Assembly (NCBI GenBank): GCA_030390025.1
Contig: CM059432.1
Span: 32,986,001-33,050,000, forward strand
DNA from: Squalus acanthias
Lineage: Eukaryota
Reading direction: 5' to 3'
Length of the DNA stretch: 64,000 nucleotides
In this document: positions 61,716 through 64,000 of the stretch, in pieces
How positions within the stretch are numbered: position 1 is the stretch's first letter
Layout: each line of letters opens with the position of its first letter
Notes under the pieces: generated by a model
What the model saw: the letters and a program-made list of their open reading frames with translations, nothing else
Database searches by the model: none
What the model was told of the DNA's origin: nothing
Made by a program: the position numbers and the translations under genes

Positions 61716-62269
61716 AATGTCTTTTCCATAGTTAAATTGAAACTCACCGGTGTGTCTGTGCTTCTAGGTCCAACTGCACCACGCCCCTACCACTGGGCCA
61801 AACAGGATCAGCAGTAACAATCATACAAAATGTCCGATACAAAAAAAAATCCTTGGGGCCTGCGTCGATGCTTACAGAAGTAATCTGTTGCAACGTGGGA
61901 AAATGGCTGAACTTGTTTTCTAATCTGACGGGAGAAAAGTAACTGTCATAAATGACTTCACACTGAAATGCAAATCATGAGCAAAAAGCCCCTTCCCTTG
62001 CAGTCTTAAATTCAGTTTGTTCATGTGGCCCATGGTATCAACAGCGAGTCCGTTTTGTTCAACTGTGGGGGGGGAAAATGCCAAATTTTTTCTTTTTTAA
62101 AAACAAACCAATCTCTGTTCACAGTTCCCACACTCTTTTTTTCAAAGCTTTACCCAAACTAAACCACTTACGTTGCTATGATATAGAACAACCATCAGCT
62201 CGGATTCCGATTCCTCAAGCAGAGTTACAAATTGCCTGTAGTTTAATCCTTTTGCTCAAATGCAGTTGA

Positions 62270-63100
62270 CCACTTTTGTAACTGTGTCCATGTCATTTCT
62301 TAGTTTTAGAATGCTTTTACAGAGGACCTCCTTGATGGTTAATGCAATGTAGAAAAGTAATTTTCTGTTCTGGATTTGTTGCTGTGACTTGGTTTTGAAT
62401 TCTTTTCAGTAATCCAACACGTTTGCCTGTCGGATTTGGGCTTCCATTGGTGGTCACATTTGCCAATATTTTCCATTCCACTCCTAATTTTGACATGCAA
62501 TGATTTACAGCCTCCCAATAAATCTTTTTCGATTGTCATATCTTCCATTGACTGCATTGATGCCAATTCTTAATCTCAATTTTCAGTGATAGCACGAATG
62601 AAAATCAATAACTGGCTGTCGTTGATATCAACTCCCATCGAGTGCCAATTTCGAAATAGGCCAAATGGTTTACCTCACTTTAACTACAGATCCAGGTTCT
62701 TTCAGCCTCGACACGCCTCAATCGTTCGACTTCGCGGCAGATTCAATCATACATTCCTTAATAAATTCTCCTTCAGAGAACGGTTTGCTGTTCGTGGGTG
62801 ATTCTTGTCTGCAATCATGCAGCTCATTCTCGTAATTTCATCCTGTGCCGTTGATGGTCCTGTGGGGGGAAAAAAGTTTGTTCTTTATATGCGCAGCCAT
62901 GTCATCAGCTTTTTTGCAGCAGACAAGTTTTTATATTTGGATGCTTGCTTACACTCAAAAAGCCGATTCACATTGTATTCTTTGAGCATTGCCACACTTG
63001 GCAAATTAAGCACACAGCTTTACCACTTGCATCGATAAAATATTTAGAAGTCTATTCTTGAACATTGGCATTCAGCGTCTTTATTTCTTTTGAGCTGATT
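62270..63100 (-). pseudogene. Decayed hAT transposase (SPIN/GTF2IRD2-like) N-terminal half
   Basis: Frame-broken peptides resembling KAVCLIC..LKEYNVNR and LASMQSM..KDL..ASVTT.G.PNLTGKHVGL. Confidence 0.7.
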
Positions 63101-63205
63101 TCCGAATATCGGTTAGGGTTCAAGCGTATTTTTCTGGTCGGATCTGGTAACGTAGTCACATAAAAATCAATGAACCCCAGTGAGACCCAAATCGCTAAAC
63201 ACTTA

Positions 63206-63617
63206 GGGGGAGAAATTCAGTATCACCCCATTTGGGGCGCAATTATCGGCCGGGCGCAAAGATTAGCGCCTGGCGCTAATTATCGCCTCTGACTGCAAAC
63301 TTGACTTTTATCGCCCCCTGGAGGTGATTGGAGCGCTAAATCAGGCGCTACACATCTGTCTTAAGGCGCAAAGGCCGAGGAGCGAGGCGTTAACTCAGAG
63401 CGCGGGCGCAGCGCAGGTGCAGTCAGTTAGCGATGGAACACAGACACACTGGCGCTGGACAGTTCTTAAAGGGGAGGGTCGATCTTGCACTCCAGCCACA
63501 CCCTGCTCATTGGAGCCTTGAATCTCGGCCTGGAGAGACCTGTGCCTAAATCTTCCAGCCAAGGACTATGGAGAGGGTGAGAGAACGAGCTCAGCGCTTC
63601 AGCGAGTGGGCCTTGGA
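63206..63617. mobile_element. Left end of a Harbinger-A-related element
   Basis: GGGGGAGAAATT after TTA; similar to 13459-13860 up to MERVRERAQRF; cut by a CR1. Confidence 0.88.
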
Positions 63618-64000
63618 TAGAACATAAAAACATAAGAAATAGGAGCAGGAGTAGGCCAATTGGCCCCTCGAGCCTGCTCCGCCATTCAATAAGATCATGG
63701 CTGATCTGATCCTAACCGCCAATCTACTATCACAGAACCATCTCCTGAACCTAACAGAATTGGACACACAAAATAGCAGCAGGATCAGGCTACACGGCCC
63801 CTGGGCCCGCTACGCTACCCACAGGGCCATGACTGATCCGAACCGAGACTCATGTCCAAATTCCTGCCTGCTCCCCGTAACCCTTAATTCCCTTTACTTC
63901 GAGGAAATTGTCTATTTCTGTTTTAAATTTATGTAATGATATAGCTTCTACAGCTTTTTGGGGCAGCATATTCCATGGACCTACCACCCTGAGTGAAGTA
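63618..64000 (-). mobile_element. CR1 3'-end fragments
   Basis: ACATAAGAAATAGGAGCAGGAGTAGGCC tail; a second, diverged 3' end from ~63760. Confidence 0.75.

Noticed and set aside
62270..63100. Host GTF2IRD2 gene
   Set aside because: Heavily frameshifted, truncated and intronless; better explained as a hAT relic.

Overview
Eukaryotic genomic DNA, almost certainly from a cartilaginous fish (an HE1-type V-SINE and shark-type CR1 and Penelope ends are present). No host gene is recognisable. Nearly the whole 64 kb is nested transposable elements. It holds CR1 and L2-like LINEs, Penelope-like elements carrying hammerhead ribozymes, and three Ty3/Gypsy elements plus solo LTRs. There are also three families of PIF/Harbinger DNA transposons, a decayed hAT transposase, a near-complete lokiretrovirus-like provirus and fragments of related families. 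Main points: (1) about 20 of 22 orientable insertions lie on the minus strand, as in a flamenco-like unistrand piRNA cluster. (2) The provirus has two RNase H domains, a UGA-CUAG gag-pol readthrough and an intact paramyxovirus-F-like Env with an apparent extra Ig domain. (3) Two young Gypsy elements lack a tRNA primer-binding site and instead carry a sequence complementary to their own LTR. All family assignments come from motif recognition by eye; no database searches were run.
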